From contig NMRA01000249.1 of assembly GCA_002633005.1 (NCBI GenBank), positions 539,117 to 603,116 on the forward strand: 64,000 bases of DNA, written 5' to 3'. The notes under the pieces are model-generated. The model worked only from the letters and a program-made list of their open reading frames with translations. It was not told the DNA's origin and ran no database searches. The DNA comes from Phoronis australis (lineage: Eukaryota > Animalia > Phoronida). Both the position numbers and the translations under genes were made by a program. The first letter of the stretch is position 1. Every line of letters starts with the position of its first letter. Of the stretch, positions 15,501 to 26,570 are shown piece after piece.

Positions 15501-18500
15501 CCCTCTGGTCACATTTACAGGCAGCGGATGTCCCAGAGCACGAGTGGTTGTCCAAAGGCATTCTACGTCCCCGTCCCGCCTACAATGACAGGGTATACTT
15601 CTCAAGCACATGCGCTCCCACAAAAAGCGAGATGAAGCTCTTCCATGCCCATGCAAACAGGCCGGCAATTACGGTGCGTGATGCCGTCGCCGTTATCACC
15701 TCAGGCAACAGGCAGGTTTTGGCATCGGATGACACCATTCAGGAATTTATAGACGTGAGTTGTAGCAAATGATGAAACATCTCTGCATATTTAAGTGGTT
15801 CAGATATTGATACAAAGCGCTCTAAGGCACACAGGTCAAGTTAATTTATTGCATGGAAAAACGGTGAAGTATCAAGGATGGCCTACAGTCACCTGTCTTC
15901 AACAACATCTTTAAGCTTATACGGTTATAAATCATGTAGAGTTAGCTGTTGGGAAATGGATCTTTGCTGTCTTGTCAAAAGTTGTTCCCCCAAGTTGTCC
16001 ATTGCAAAGTTGAGTTCATGATGTGTTCCATCTGGATCACTGCTCATTAGCACAACGCAACCATTCAGTTCATCACCGATAGCATTTTTGTGAGAAGTTT
16101 ACTATAACATTTATTAGTGAAAATATGGTTTAGCCAATGACTAATTTAGAGCATGAAACTTATATGATGTGAACTATGGGACAGGTGATCTAATTAAAGG
16201 ATCTAACAGTGAGACAACTGTAGTCTAATGTGATTTGAGCCCACCATTTTTACAGTCAGGGAAGCTACAACTCTACCACTATGTCACACTGCCTCCTTGT
16301 ATGTGACTGTGTATAATTCAGTGACCTGTTCATGTTTGTTTTCAGAAAACCTTGACCCGTCAGTTGGACTTTACACCCGACAACCCTAACCTGTCATACA
16401 TCTCTCGTTACCTGCCCAGGTATGGTTTAAAAGTAGCTGTGGATAGTGCGATGAACCTTCCCTGGTCGAATTTCACCTACGTGCACATGTGTCTCAATCC
16501 ACCGGGGGCATTTTATACGGTAATTGTTGGTTGTGAGCATTGATTGATGCTGTGTTTTGTGTCATATAGTTTAAAATAAAATGTACTTGTTTTTTGGGGG
16601 GAATCTGCTTTTTGTTTTTTGGAATCTGCTTTCATTGTCAAAGGCATTTTGGTGTGTGCGGCTAGAATTACCTGACGTTTTGATCTCCTTGGTAACATAA
16701 AAAATTAACACTGTGGCATTATATTCTGAAGATATTTTTTAAAGTATGTGGTATTTTGATTGTTGTAAAATGTTCTCTTCATTAAGTTGATAGCACAGTA
16801 AATTTATAAAATTATTATTTTTCTCCAATTTCAAATTGAGAATTTTACTTATTATTTCCATTGAATATTTTTATAATTATAATACTAATTCCTGAAATGT
16901 TGCTTATCAGGTATAGCGATTTGATATAACAAACAATTAAGATTGTAAATTTTACATATTAGTTTACTAATTACACTGTTTTGTGCTAGCCTGACCCTGA
17001 ACACTCACGAACGTAGTCCTAAGTTTATATAGTAATTTTTGAGATTTATGGAATAAAAAGTACCCCTAGTCCATTAGTTCCCAGTAAAACGATTTCCCGG
17101 TGCTCATTTTTTTTAAATTTTGGAACAACCTGTATCAATGAGGAACTATGTTCACGAGTTTAAGATGTGTTGTGTCCACCCCTTGTTCGCGGGCTTCTGG
17201 GATTGAAAAAAATCCTGGGTTTGAGTTGACAAACTGATATATTGTCAAACTGAAATGGTGCACTACATGAAATAGCGTAGAAATGGCATGTTGTGAGATA
17301 GTACTTATAATTATCACTCAGACACATTCTCTGTCAGATGAATTAAGCAGCTCATAAGTTTGTAACCAAAGAATTGCTACAGATTGATGGCTTTAATTTA
17401 GTTTGAGTAAACCGTCTTTGTTGTATTTTGCAGGGAGTCCCTAACGCAAGCTATGACAAGCCAGTCTTTACTCAGAAACTTGACTTGGACAGCAATAACA
17501 GGTGTCCTAGATGGAGAGATGGCTTCTTTGTGAGTACTGTGTCCAGGTGTCAACGGCATCTTTGGGATAAAATGTTAAGATTGGAGACATTGTGTGAAAA
17601 TTCTCTAGTAACATTTTTGTGCTGTTTGCTAAAGAAGTTCTTGTTTTGTGCACTGAAGCTACCTAGCTTTTTAGAAACTTTGTTCTGATGTTACAGGTGT
17701 TATGTTGAACATTGTTTCATTGGTACAATATTGACTATTTTGAAATTGCTGCAGTGGTAATATATTCCAAGGGAAGATAAATTGTTTGTTCATGGTATAC
17801 TCTGAAAAATTGTTAAATTTGAATGTGGAATGTATTTCTTTTCAATGACTGCTGTTTTAATGCTCCGGAGCTTCAGAAAAGCACTGATAGATCAAGATAT
17901 AGGGAAAATTGAGACCTAACATTAGTGCCATTGTGTTAAAGGGAACTGAAACATCAATCGTTTTTTTTTTCAGCATTTCCATCACCGCACTTATCATCCA
18001 AACCTGGTTGTTATATTTCATCTCCAAGAGGTGGCAGTTAAGTCAACTCCCAACAGCTGCAAGTACAGTCTTGATGAGCAGGTTTGTTAGCCATTCAGCA
18101 AAGGTTTCAAACCATTTCTTCATATTAATATACCTACTGTAATCAGATGACTTAATATTTGTAACCAATGTTTATCTGTAGAGCTTCTCAATAATAATAA
18201 TTATTATGAACAATCCTTTGTACCATGTGTTTGAGCTTACACCTCCTAGGAGCGACGCTGATTCCTTTGACGTTGCCATTAGTTCTAACCATAAGATATT
18301 GGAGAGTAAGGGAAATGCCTTTCTGAAAATGTTTTGTTGTTCTGCCTTGGAATAGGGACTGCTTCATGGGAATATAAAGGTTTCTGGCACAGCATACTAT
18401 GATTTTAATTTGCATTTAAAAGCATCTTCAGTACTGCAGTAAAACTGACTCACATACTGCATACATTTTCATACTAGGCAAATCTTGTTTCATTACTTAA

Positions 18501-21500
18501 AATGTCCGCTTTTGATTTGGAAAACATTATCGCTTACCCTTTAATCATTGCTGTCATCTTGTTTAGGCGTGGACTGCAGTGCCAGTGTTCAGTTTGGGTT
18601 ACGCTGTCTGCGACGTGTTCCAGCTACCACTATTCAAGGGGTCTCCAAACAAGTCCATTCTAAACCAGATCGCCAAAGAACCATTCAAGCAGTGGTTGAG
18701 GAAATCTCTAACTAGTAGGACAGTGAGTTAATCACAAACTCTGCATTACTTAAAACCATTTCATTGAATCTTTTTGATTTTACAAAAGCTGAATGTTGCA
18801 CCCAATGTTGAAAACTTAACAGAATATTGGTTTATTTGTCAATGACTAAATGCAAACCGTAATAATTTTTGTTTTGACAAAATAGAATTTCACTTCTCGA
18901 CCGTACTGTGTACTAAAGAGGGGAATAATAACCTTGTTAATTATTTTATAATGAAACTGCATAGTAGACTACATTACGGCATTCTCCTGTTGAGTCTAAT
19001 CTGTTCGGTTGTATAGCACAACAACAAGTTGGGCGGATGGCCTCTGTAGCTATCTTACACCCGACTGATTAACTCCATTCTGGCATTTATGGTTGGAGAG
19101 TCAGTTCTGTATCTTCAAAGGTCTTCAACCGGTTTTCATGAAATTTGGTACATAGACATCTATTAATGAGTTGACGCTATCTTCCCATTTTCGATGGATT
19201 TTGCGCCATCTAGTGGCCATTTTTACTATTTTTGATTCGTTGTTTTGGCGTCCGCCCCTCTAACAACCAAACCGCTCTAAGGATGATTGTGAAAATTGGC
19301 ATGTGTGGTCTTACTATGAAGAATACTGTTGACGATGATTTTCCGATCACTTCGACTGCTGTGGTGCCTCCTAGTGTCAGTTTTGTTTGTTTTTGCACCC
19401 ATGGCTGTATCTTTATTAAATTTAGCAAATGTATATAAAGTTGACAACAGACGTCGATGACGTTCGGACAGATCGGTCTACCAGTGTGCCCCCTAGTGGC
19501 AATTTTAGTGTTTTATGTTTATCACTGTATTCTTTAAGGTACTCAACAGATTTACTTAAAATTTGGCACATAGACATCCATTTAATTTAGTGAGTTGACG
19601 CTAGCCATTCACCTTTGGATTGATTCATGGTGTTTTTGCCACCTAGTGGCCATTTTTGTTGTTTTTGGGTCTGTTTTGTGGTGTTCGTGCCTCTGTCAAC
19701 CAAACCACTCTAAAGATGATTGTGAAAGTTGGCATGTATGTACTTTCTATGAAGGGGACAATTGCTGATGATTTTCTGATGACCTCGACTACTGGGGCAC
19801 CTCCTGGTGGCGGTTTTGTTTTATTTGCAACCCTACCTGTATCTCCTAAGCCCTCTGCAGGATCTTTATTAAATTTATCACGTGTATTTATATGAAGTTA
19901 ACAAGAGAAGATGACAACTTTTAGACTGATCCGATGAACACTGTACCCCCTAGTGGCAATTTTGTTTTTTTTTCCTCTGTTTCTCTGAATTTTCTCGGCG
20001 AATTTTAAGTAAAGTTGGTGAATGGCTTTCTTTTAAAGAAACGGTGACATTTTTTTCTTTGGTTTTCAGACAGATTCAATGTATTTTGCACCATCTAGTG
20101 GCCATTTTAATGACACAAATAAACAACCCTAAAAGCATACCATTCACGATGCTCTTGTTTAAATTTCAAATTAAACCCTATGTTACTTATAGCTGTAACA
20201 CTCCCACTTTTCAATCCTTTTCAGATTCATCTGGTTGATGGCGCGTCCATATTTGTGCGTGTCTGCGATGGGCGCCGTGACGATGAGCTGACACCAAATG
20301 CTCTCCAGAAAAATGTGGTGAGTTGTTAAAAGAACTTACAGTGTGTTCTTAGGTTCTTGTGGACCCCAAATTGTGGCAGTTTTATAGAGCATTAAGTGAA
20401 TTAGACAAACTTTGATTTTAGTACATCGAAGTAATGAGTGTCTCCAATACAAATGTAAAAAGGAAGAGATTGCCTGTGAGATAAAGAGGCTAAACAATCA
20501 TTTCAGGATGTTTTTTTCTGAATTTAATTATAGCAGAAATTCTGTATCAATGAGGAAAAATAACTAACACCATTAGAAAAGGCGGGCCTTTGTCCAGAAA
20601 ATGTGGTGTGTTTCTAGGTTTTTATGCCTTAAAATAACTGTGCATATTAAATGTGTTTTGAAAATGCTGACTTCGACAACGCTACTAAAATTTTCCACAC
20701 GCATGTCCCAGTGTACCATTGTTATATAAATGGCACTGTTATCAAATATAGTTTCATTCGGTTTTTGAAATGTTACTGGCAGCTTCCAAAATCTACGCCA
20801 CTTTTTTGGCCACATGATAAATATTAAAGGTGCACCTGTAATATCTGTGGTATGCTTGAAACGTATTCAAAAGAATGCTATTTACTGATAAAATGTCACT
20901 TTCATGTCACATCTTTGCAATGCAGTTGGTATGTTAAGAAAACACGTGGTAAAGAAATAACCAAGTATAGAATCTCAATTTAAAAGGTCACATATTTTCA
21001 CAAACCTTATGCCCAGGGTTTCTCCTGGTAAGAACTGTTTTTTGTGTGGCTAAAACATGACTATACAAAGTTACCACAGTTGCCGTAAATTTCGCTAGAA
21101 GCATAGGTCACACTTGCTGATTTAGCAGACTTTGAAAGTAGTTTTTAAATTTTCATCCAAGAGAGTTGTCAAGGGTTACAAAGCATTATTTTGCTTCAGA
21201 TAACTGGATGTGAAAGTTGTTTTTAGTATCTGCTAATAGGCCAAAACCGGGTTTGGTATCCTTTTAACGTTAATGGCTTCAGCTTGAAAAGCGACACTGG
21301 TTTGAGGCGACATGTAGATTAGAAATACATTGTACTTATTAATCTAAAGCTACCTGTCATAGAAAACCTTGGCTAACTAATTGGATTCCTATGAAACTTT
21401 CAGAGGAGTTATGCAATGTTCCCCAAAAGCTGTGATGAACTGTTTTTAGAATGCTGCACTTATGTACATATATGAGTGGCAGTTAAAAAGTAGGACTTTT

Positions 21501-22614
21501 TATTTTCATGGAAAATGTCTATCGTAGGATAAAACGAAAATGAAATAATTTTAGAAAACTGTTAACACTCACAGTGTTTCTGAGATCTCATCTTAAATAT
21601 TTGTATCAAATAAAAGTTGACTCTTTGTTCATACCATTGTTTTGCTATCGATGTACCTTCATTTTTGCCAAATTTCACTGAAAATACGTAGTCGTGTGAC
21701 CCAATGTAATGGCAGATTGATAAAAACAAACTCTACTCTCTTTCTGCTCATGTTAAATGCAAAGTTTTGTGGATATAATGATGTAATATATGACTTAGTA
21801 ATGTGCAAATTTGTCAATAAGGTCCTACATATCCTCAAAATAGGAAATGCTGGGATTCATTAACAATTCTGATAGTTATGACAGAGGACGCAAGACACTT
21901 CAGCGATCTACACTATGCATTTAGGTATTTCAGTTTGCCAGACTACGTGTCGACCAACTGAGTCTTTAGTAACATTTGTCTTGCACTGTTGCTGTGGTTA
22001 CAGATCATGTTAAACACAGACTACATCCCAGAAGAGTTAGATAGTCTGTATTCAAAAGAAGTCCCTGGCACTCCTCTGTCTCGGCTCGTACCCCCTGGCA
22101 AAACAGTTCATGAGATGTCTAGCACGCTCCCTAGCAAAATGAAGTCAGTAAGTAGTCGGTCTGCAGACTGTCTCCTATTTGCATAAAGTCTGGTGATTTC
22201 GCAAGTTAATGAGCGAAATGCTTTTCTTGAACCGGTTCCACGTAAAATCAACCTACCAACTTGTGAAGTCCGGGAGACTCCCTTTTAGAGAGAGAGAAAT
22301 CAAACATGCTGTATTTATCTTCATACACACCGTAACCTGTATTGTGAAATTGGCGTTGTTGATTGAAATTCCAGGACAAGCTCTATCTATCTCACTAACT
22401 GTAGCGTGTGTGTTGTTTGTTCATTTGCTTGTTTGTTATTGGGTGTCCTGTGTATTTGGAAGTTCGCTTAACGTTATTCATACCTATTGAGTAAATGCTA
22501 TGCATGCATCGTGTATAATAAATCTTTGCTTCGTTTATGCCAATGTCTCTAGTGTGCTGTGTTTTTTCCTTTTAGCTTGTTTATAAGTTGTACCAAGATG
22601 GCCATTATGGGTGA
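487..22614 (+). CDS. CCDC17: CCDC17-like gene (5' end upstream of window), 24 coding exons, long invertebrate form
   Basis: GT-AG exons joining in phase: 487-564, 990-1120, 1819-1938, 2555-2736, 3461-3600, 4015-4218, 5092-5305, 5742-5852, 7202-7290, 10185-10341, 10557-10845, 12022-12260, 12711-12827, 13023-13175, 13738-13857, 14475-14648, 15521-15754, 16346-16519, 17434-17529, 17974-18081, 18567-18722, 20225-20317, 22004-22147, 22576-22614 (TGA). The peptides APYDPNAGFVIFYDF, AWCKIDLFDDHSRVVSGRWRVP, QLNSVPQYGIAELFYRVVN and HQYPPQ match the conserved CCDC17 core as recalled from the vertebrate protein. Confidence 0.85.
990..1120 (+). CDS. CCDC17: CCDC17-like exon (AMRQSYLQNGGNDQAVLAQMNQML...)
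   Basis: ccag / gtacag; resembles the Y-x-x-x-GG-x-D motif of CCDC17. Confidence 0.8.
1819..1938 (+). CDS. CCDC17: CCDC17-like exon, coiled coil (QQMLAIELENQNLQGELLMLQQ)
   Basis: ccag / gtgagt, open frame. Confidence 0.8.
2555..2736 (+). CDS. CCDC17: CCDC17-like exon, coiled coil (EDIDNEIKKLERSHLRKMTQIQHEMELLKQQ)
   Basis: gcag / gtcagc; 3' part of ORF 2176..2760. Confidence 0.8.
3461..3600 (+). CDS. CCDC17: CCDC17-like exon (...DLLPAPYDP)
   Basis: tgtag / gtaaag; conserved PAPYDP. Confidence 0.8.
4015..4218 (+). CDS. CCDC17: CCDC17-like exon (AGFVIFYDFIGGLD...KQPVP)
   Basis: tcag / gtgagt; signature GFVIFYDF. Confidence 0.88.
5092..5305 (+). CDS. CCDC17: CCDC17-like exon (CPPSLDLCIVVELQ...SGRWRVPFR...LNSVPQ)
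   Basis: acag / gtatgc; conserved motifs. Confidence 0.88.
5742..5852 (+). CDS. CCDC17: CCDC17-like exon (YGIAELFYRVVNHRDA...HQYPPQ)
   Basis: tcag / gtaagg. Confidence 0.88.
7202..7290 (+). CDS. CCDC17: CCDC17-like Pro/Ser-rich linker exon
   Basis: ctag / gtaggg; needed to keep phase between neighbouring exons. Confidence 0.7.
8221..8282. repeat. Intronic minisatellite, 3 x ~21 bp
   Basis: ctttgatttagactacagta-like unit repeated three times. Confidence 0.6.
10185..10341 (+). CDS. CCDC17: CCDC17-like exon (TTLPVMPR...LGFRVVSIKNA...LTVYSRSTGN)
   Basis: ttag / gtatgt. Confidence 0.8.
10557..10845 (+). CDS. CCDC17: CCDC17-like exon (IIQSASSPMTC...AWSVIPLM...)
   Basis: acag / gtaagg; ORF 10545..10859. 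Confidence 0.82.
11541..11802. mobile_element. Degenerate MITE-like element (GGGCCC-type terminus)
   Basis: right end ...ttttctttaaatcgggcccag with internal inverted segments (tttgtctcaa / ttgagacaaa); similar in style to 35291-35699. Confidence 0.4.
12022..12260 (+). CDS. CCDC17: CCDC17-like exon (NKGTHSLPLYLPPVP...ATLRVHLF...EDIFPE)
   Basis: caag / gtgagt. Confidence 0.82.
12711..12827 (+). CDS. CCDC17: CCDC17-like exon (GFDLYIDGARYLPDTVTITR)
   Basis: tcag / gtgggt. Confidence 0.82.
13023..13175 (+). CDS. CCDC17: CCDC17-like exon (VAARFLNRHY...PPTATLVLK)
   Basis: ctag / gtaagt. Confidence 0.82.
13645..13716. repeat. Tandem duplication of ~31 bp
   Basis: ttaattattacaNcctacatactatgttaca twice. 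Confidence 0.6.
13738..13857 (+). CDS. CCDC17: CCDC17-like exon (VYTIDKFTKTLAVVGYGLLNVF...)
   Basis: gtag / gtaaga. Confidence 0.82.
14475..14648 (+). CDS. CCDC17: CCDC17-like exon (VALNEGAHQVRLY...PCASVLIRIV)
   Basis: atag / gtacat. Confidence 0.82.
15521..15754 (+). CDS. CCDC17: CCDC17-like exon (AADVPEHEWLSKGILRPRPAYNDRVYFSS...)
   Basis: acag / gtgagt. Confidence 0.82.
16229..16296 (-). mobile_element. Decayed tRNA-derived SINE head
   Basis: minus strand GGAGGCAGTGTGACATAGTGGTAGAG (A-box-like) ... GGGCTCAAATCAC (B-box-like). Confidence 0.3.
16346..16519 (+). CDS. CCDC17: CCDC17-like exon (...YGLKVAVDSAMNLPW...NPPGAFYT)
   Basis: tcag / gtaatt. Confidence 0.82.
17434..17529 (+). CDS. CCDC17: CCDC17-like exon (GVPNASYDKPVFTQKLDLDS...WRDGFF)
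   Basis: gcag / gtgagt. Confidence 0.8.
17974..18081 (+). CDS. CCDC17: CCDC17-like exon (HFHHRTYHPNLVVIFHLQEV...)
   Basis: poly-T cag / gtttgt. Confidence 0.78.
18567..18722 (+). CDS. CCDC17: CCDC17-like exon (AWTAVPVFSLGY...FQLPLFKGSP...)
   Basis: ttag / gtgagt. Confidence 0.82.
19105..20110. repeat. Intronic tandem repeat (~430-450 bp higher-order unit of ~150 bp subunits) with seven CTCF-like motifs
   Basis: units 19110-19520 and 19525-19965 align (aaatttgg(t/c)acatagacatc; aaccaaacc(g/a)ctctaa(g/a)gatgattgtgaaa), plus a partial third unit. Confidence 0.7.
20225..20317 (+). CDS. CCDC17: CCDC17-like exon (IHLVDGASIFVRVCDGRRDDEL...)
   Basis: tcag / gtgagt. Confidence 0.8.
22004..22147 (+). 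CDS. CCDC17: CCDC17-like penultimate exon (IMLNTDYIPEELDSLY...)
   Basis: acag / gtaagt. Confidence 0.78.
22576..22614 (+). CDS. CCDC17: CCDC17-like terminal coding exon (LVYKLYQDGHYG*)
   Basis: strong pyrimidine-rich tttag acceptor, in-frame TGA. Confidence 0.65.
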   Translation, partial: LVYKLYQDGHYG

Positions 22615-24089
22615 TGTTTCGCTACCATGACAACACAGTGGGACTGGAGGCAGGATGTATTATCAGCTTATCTACGCTAGAATGACAGAGCTAAATAGTC
22701 TGATGGCATGCAGTAATTATACTACACAATACCTTGTTTGTGTGGCATAACCAGTCTAAAGGTCCATTTTAAAGAGTCTCCCTGTATAAATAGTACCATT
22801 TCACCATTCATGTTTAAGTTTTTATGTCAGGAAATGTCCAATTATTGGACCAGCATACTCTTATACCACTGAAAAACGTCACCTTTTGCACTGTGTAAAA
22901 ACGGCTTGTTCTTGTCACAACTTACAGTTATTTAAATCATCACGGTGACCAGTTCCAACTGTTACCAATCTTATTCAGTGGTCCTGAGTGTCCTTTATAC
23001 CTCTTTTGCACCTGATGATACGGTATCAGTACCGTCAACGCTGCTCTTTGTGTTATCAAATCTACCATTCCGAACAGCTCTACTCAACCATTACTTTGAG
23101 GTCATAGACATGTTTGGATATGTTTTCCCCAATGCCCTGTCTGTTGTGGGGACAACTTTTGTATGCACTGATTAGTACATGTAATGGACCATTCCAACTA
23201 AGCCAGTCAGCTAGGTTAAGTTCACCTGTGTTACTCTTGTGAGAATCCCATCAGCACAAACTCATTATGCTGGAAATCCTTTGCAAGCCTGCTGTTATAA
23301 CATAATCTGTGCCATGTATTTGTGATCATATTTCACCAGCTAAGTGTTGAGCAGTCCTATACAACCATGTTATCAAATTAAGTCCTGGGGAAGTAAACAT
23401 ATAATGCTGGTAGTGGCATGTGTAAGATGTCAAGCGTTTGAACTCAGTTATAGAGTAGGCCATCTTATTTAGACTCTTAACATTCATTCACAGCTGTATT
23501 ATCGATTGAAACACTAGTACCAGTTAGTTGTTTTACTTGTGTTGATGGACAAGACTAAAGTCTCTTGTAAGCTTTTTCATGAGGCAAATGATTGTGGGAA
23601 AACTACTATGTGCAGTGTGTCTATTGGTGTTCTAGTGTTAGTTATAAGAATCTGACTGTGGTTGTCCCGTGGCCAGTTTTCCATGAGTCACATTGCCCTG
23701 TTGCCCACATGTGGTCTATGCGTTAAATTAATTCACATTAGGAACTGTTTTTAAAATGGAATTGAAATAATATTTTGTGATATGTTATGCAGCAGAATTG
23801 CTTTCACTTTGTGCTATCCAGATGTATATATAACTGATCATGAAATTTATTCCACGCTTTTATAAGCGGCAGCCATTTTTCCTTGTTCATTTGCCCTGTA
23901 TTGTTGATCTGCATTTTGCAAGTGTCCCAAGCCCATCATATAACCATCCTTACACGCCACTTGGACAAGGGTTGGGAATTATCGTTGTATTTACATGATT
24001 TATGTTGTATTTATTGTTCTTGTATCTTATCAGTTTTAAGGTATTTATGATCATTTCATTTTATTCTTGGGTAATTTACTTTATGCTCG

Positions 24090-24095
24090 AATAAA
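24090..24095 (+). terminator. Candidate polyadenylation signal of the CCDC17-like gene
   Basis: AATAAA in U-rich context followed by a GT-rich stretch, ~1.5 kb after the stop codon. Confidence 0.4.
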
Positions 24096-25050
24096 AGGTA
24101 TTTATTGGGATGTCTTATTTTGTTGTTCGGTGACCATTGTGTATGACACTCTTCAGTAGTATTCCAAGGCATGACGTTATTGACCTGTAATCTTATCATT
24201 TGATGGAATTAAAATTAGTTTGCTTCAAACATGTGGAGTTCCTAATGGACACCTTATGTTATAGCGTCCGCTTCAGTGGAGCGGGTGCAGTCACACATGT
24301 ATGTGCGTTTATGCTGATCATGTCATTATCAGCATTTCCTTACCAAGAATGACTCTGAAAGCAGTCAGTTCCCTGTACTTTGTATTCCTGATTAGGGGTC
24401 AAAGACCATCATTATTTACCAACACAGAACGCAATGAGGCTTCTCTAACCGAAGCACGTGACTTGATGTGGTGGGTGAGTCCGTGTAATTTAACTGAGAC
24501 AGCGGGTTACTGGTATGCTTTCTTGTCAAGTGTTTGGATGGTCTAAAACTGCAAAGGTAATATCAATAGAAAGTATCGAGAAACAATGTTGGTCATGCCA
24601 TGATAATGTTCCCCCTGTCACAAGAGGATAGCGGACTATCAAAATTTTACTTGACAAACTTTTTGCATTGGGATATGACAATTTCTTTATGAATTTCGTC
24701 AAATTTCGCAGGACTAATCCCGGGAAAATTATTCGTGTGGTAACTTGTTTAAACAGTGACTGCTCTTGACCACCGAGTTGCAGTATTGCAGCAGCATGTA
24801 TTGTGGCACTTGAATAATTAACGAGCTGGCGTCAAGGCTGCCAATATTTAGGGGCCACAGAAGCTAGTTGCTAGTTTTGTGATTGTATGGGCAACAAAGT
24901 AGTGGAAATAATTCCTGAATAATTAGTTCAGCTGTGAAATTTCAGGGATTTCGAGATCATTATAAACGCCACTGACTAATAATTCCGGTGTAAACCCTCT
25001 GCAGCTCATGGAAATAGGGCAGGTAGTCAAGTACGACGAATAACTATAGA

Positions 25051-26570
25051 CTTCTTCTTCAGCGTTCCCGGCCATGTAGCATAGATAGTCTGGTCTTTTG
25101 GGTGAAGTCTGCAGTTCGCCGCAATGATGCCGTCGGGCCCCACAGTTTTACCTTGAATTCCACCGAACTGGGCCATGTCTGGCGCCTTAGGGAATCAAAC
25201 GTAGGGCAGCTCTGCAATAAATGCTCAGGTGTCTGGGGGCCAGTGCCACAGGGGCACTCGTCTGTGTGAAAAATTTTCAGGCGATGCATGTGGGAGAGCA
25301 TCTGGCAGTGGCCGGCTCTTAAGCCTGAAGATAGTGACTTGTTCCTGCCGGTCAAGCTGGTGGATAAAGTCTTCTTCAGTCCCCAGATGTAGGCGTGCCC
25401 TCCAGGCATTTCTAAAGTGACTTCATTGGAGGGTTTTTATTTCTCCATATGATGATGGGTGCGACATCTGCTCCAGTTTGCGTCCTGCCTTGGAGAGTCT
25501 GTCTGCTTTCTCGTTGCCGCTGATGCCGCAGTGGGAGGGAATCCATTGCAGCACAACATTGGTTTTGCTGCTGAGAATGTGCATCTCTTGTTTGATGGAT
25601 TGCAGAATCTGGTCTCTCTCTGTTGTCTGGAGGCTCTGCAGAAGAGATCGGCAGTCTGTGAGGAAGACTGTCTGATCCGGGAGCCTTGTTTGCTGGTTGA
25701 GTATCTGGGCTGCGAGGTATAGGGCATTTGCCTCAGCTCTGTAGTTGTTTGAGTGAAGGCCCGTGGCAATAGACTTGTGCATAGTGCTGCCGTCTGGGTA
25801 TTTGATGAATTCCCCACCTTCCCCATTTCTGACAGCATTCTCTGCAGAGCCATCTGTATAAACTCGGGTCCAGATGGTGGTAGGGTAGTCTCTGTGTAGG
25901 GTTTCTAGGGCGAGGGCCTTCAGGACTGCATCCAGTTTGTGTATGCTTTGCTTCAATCCAAGGGATGTCGAGAATGATGTGGGGAACGTCCAGGGACCAT
26001 TCTTCAAAGTCTTGGAGCATTTCTAGTGGTTGGTTGATTGAGGATAGCAGAGTTTGATGTTTCTGTTGAAGTGCCTTGATGAGATGGTTTGAGCTCTGCC
26101 TCTTGATGCGATTTTTGGTCGGGGGTTGGAGTTTGGAGTGCAGTGGATGTTATGGAAGCCGCTTCATCTTTTCGCCCTGTCTCGGGAGTTTCTCATCCCG
26201 TCTTTCTTCCAGTGAGCTTAAGCTTGCCGTCTTCTCCATGGCCGTGATGGGGGTGGTCTTCATGCCACCTGTGATTAAGCGCAGACCAGTATTCTGGACC
26301 CTGGCTAAGTTGTCTGTGTTGGTTTTGGCAGCTGTAGACCATGCGTTAGAGGAATACTCCACCTGGGGTCTGACAGATCCCCGGTGTACATGTAAACTTG
26401 GGTCAAGATCTTCATGTTTGCACCCCAACTGGTACCAGCAAGTTTCTTGATCACAGCAATTTTCCTAGTAGCTTTGCTGCGCATGGCAGCAATGTGAGGG
26501 GACCCCGTAAGTCTCTTGTCCAGTTTAGCCCCAAGGTAGATTGGGGTTTCTTGGTGGGGAATATTCTGGC
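25051..26570 (-). mobile_element. 5'-truncated non-LTR retrotransposon (I/Ingi-like group): RT C-terminus, RNase H and Cys-His knuckle; frameshifted
   Basis: minus strand YLGAKLDKRLT...KKLAGTSWGAN; RNase H YTDGSA / RAEANA / LTDCRS / QWIPSHCGISGNEKADRL; CPCGTGPQTPEHLLQSCP; (GAA)n 3' tail at 25051-25060; CTATAG at 25044-25049 and 26571-26576 is a possible TSD. Confidence 0.9.
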
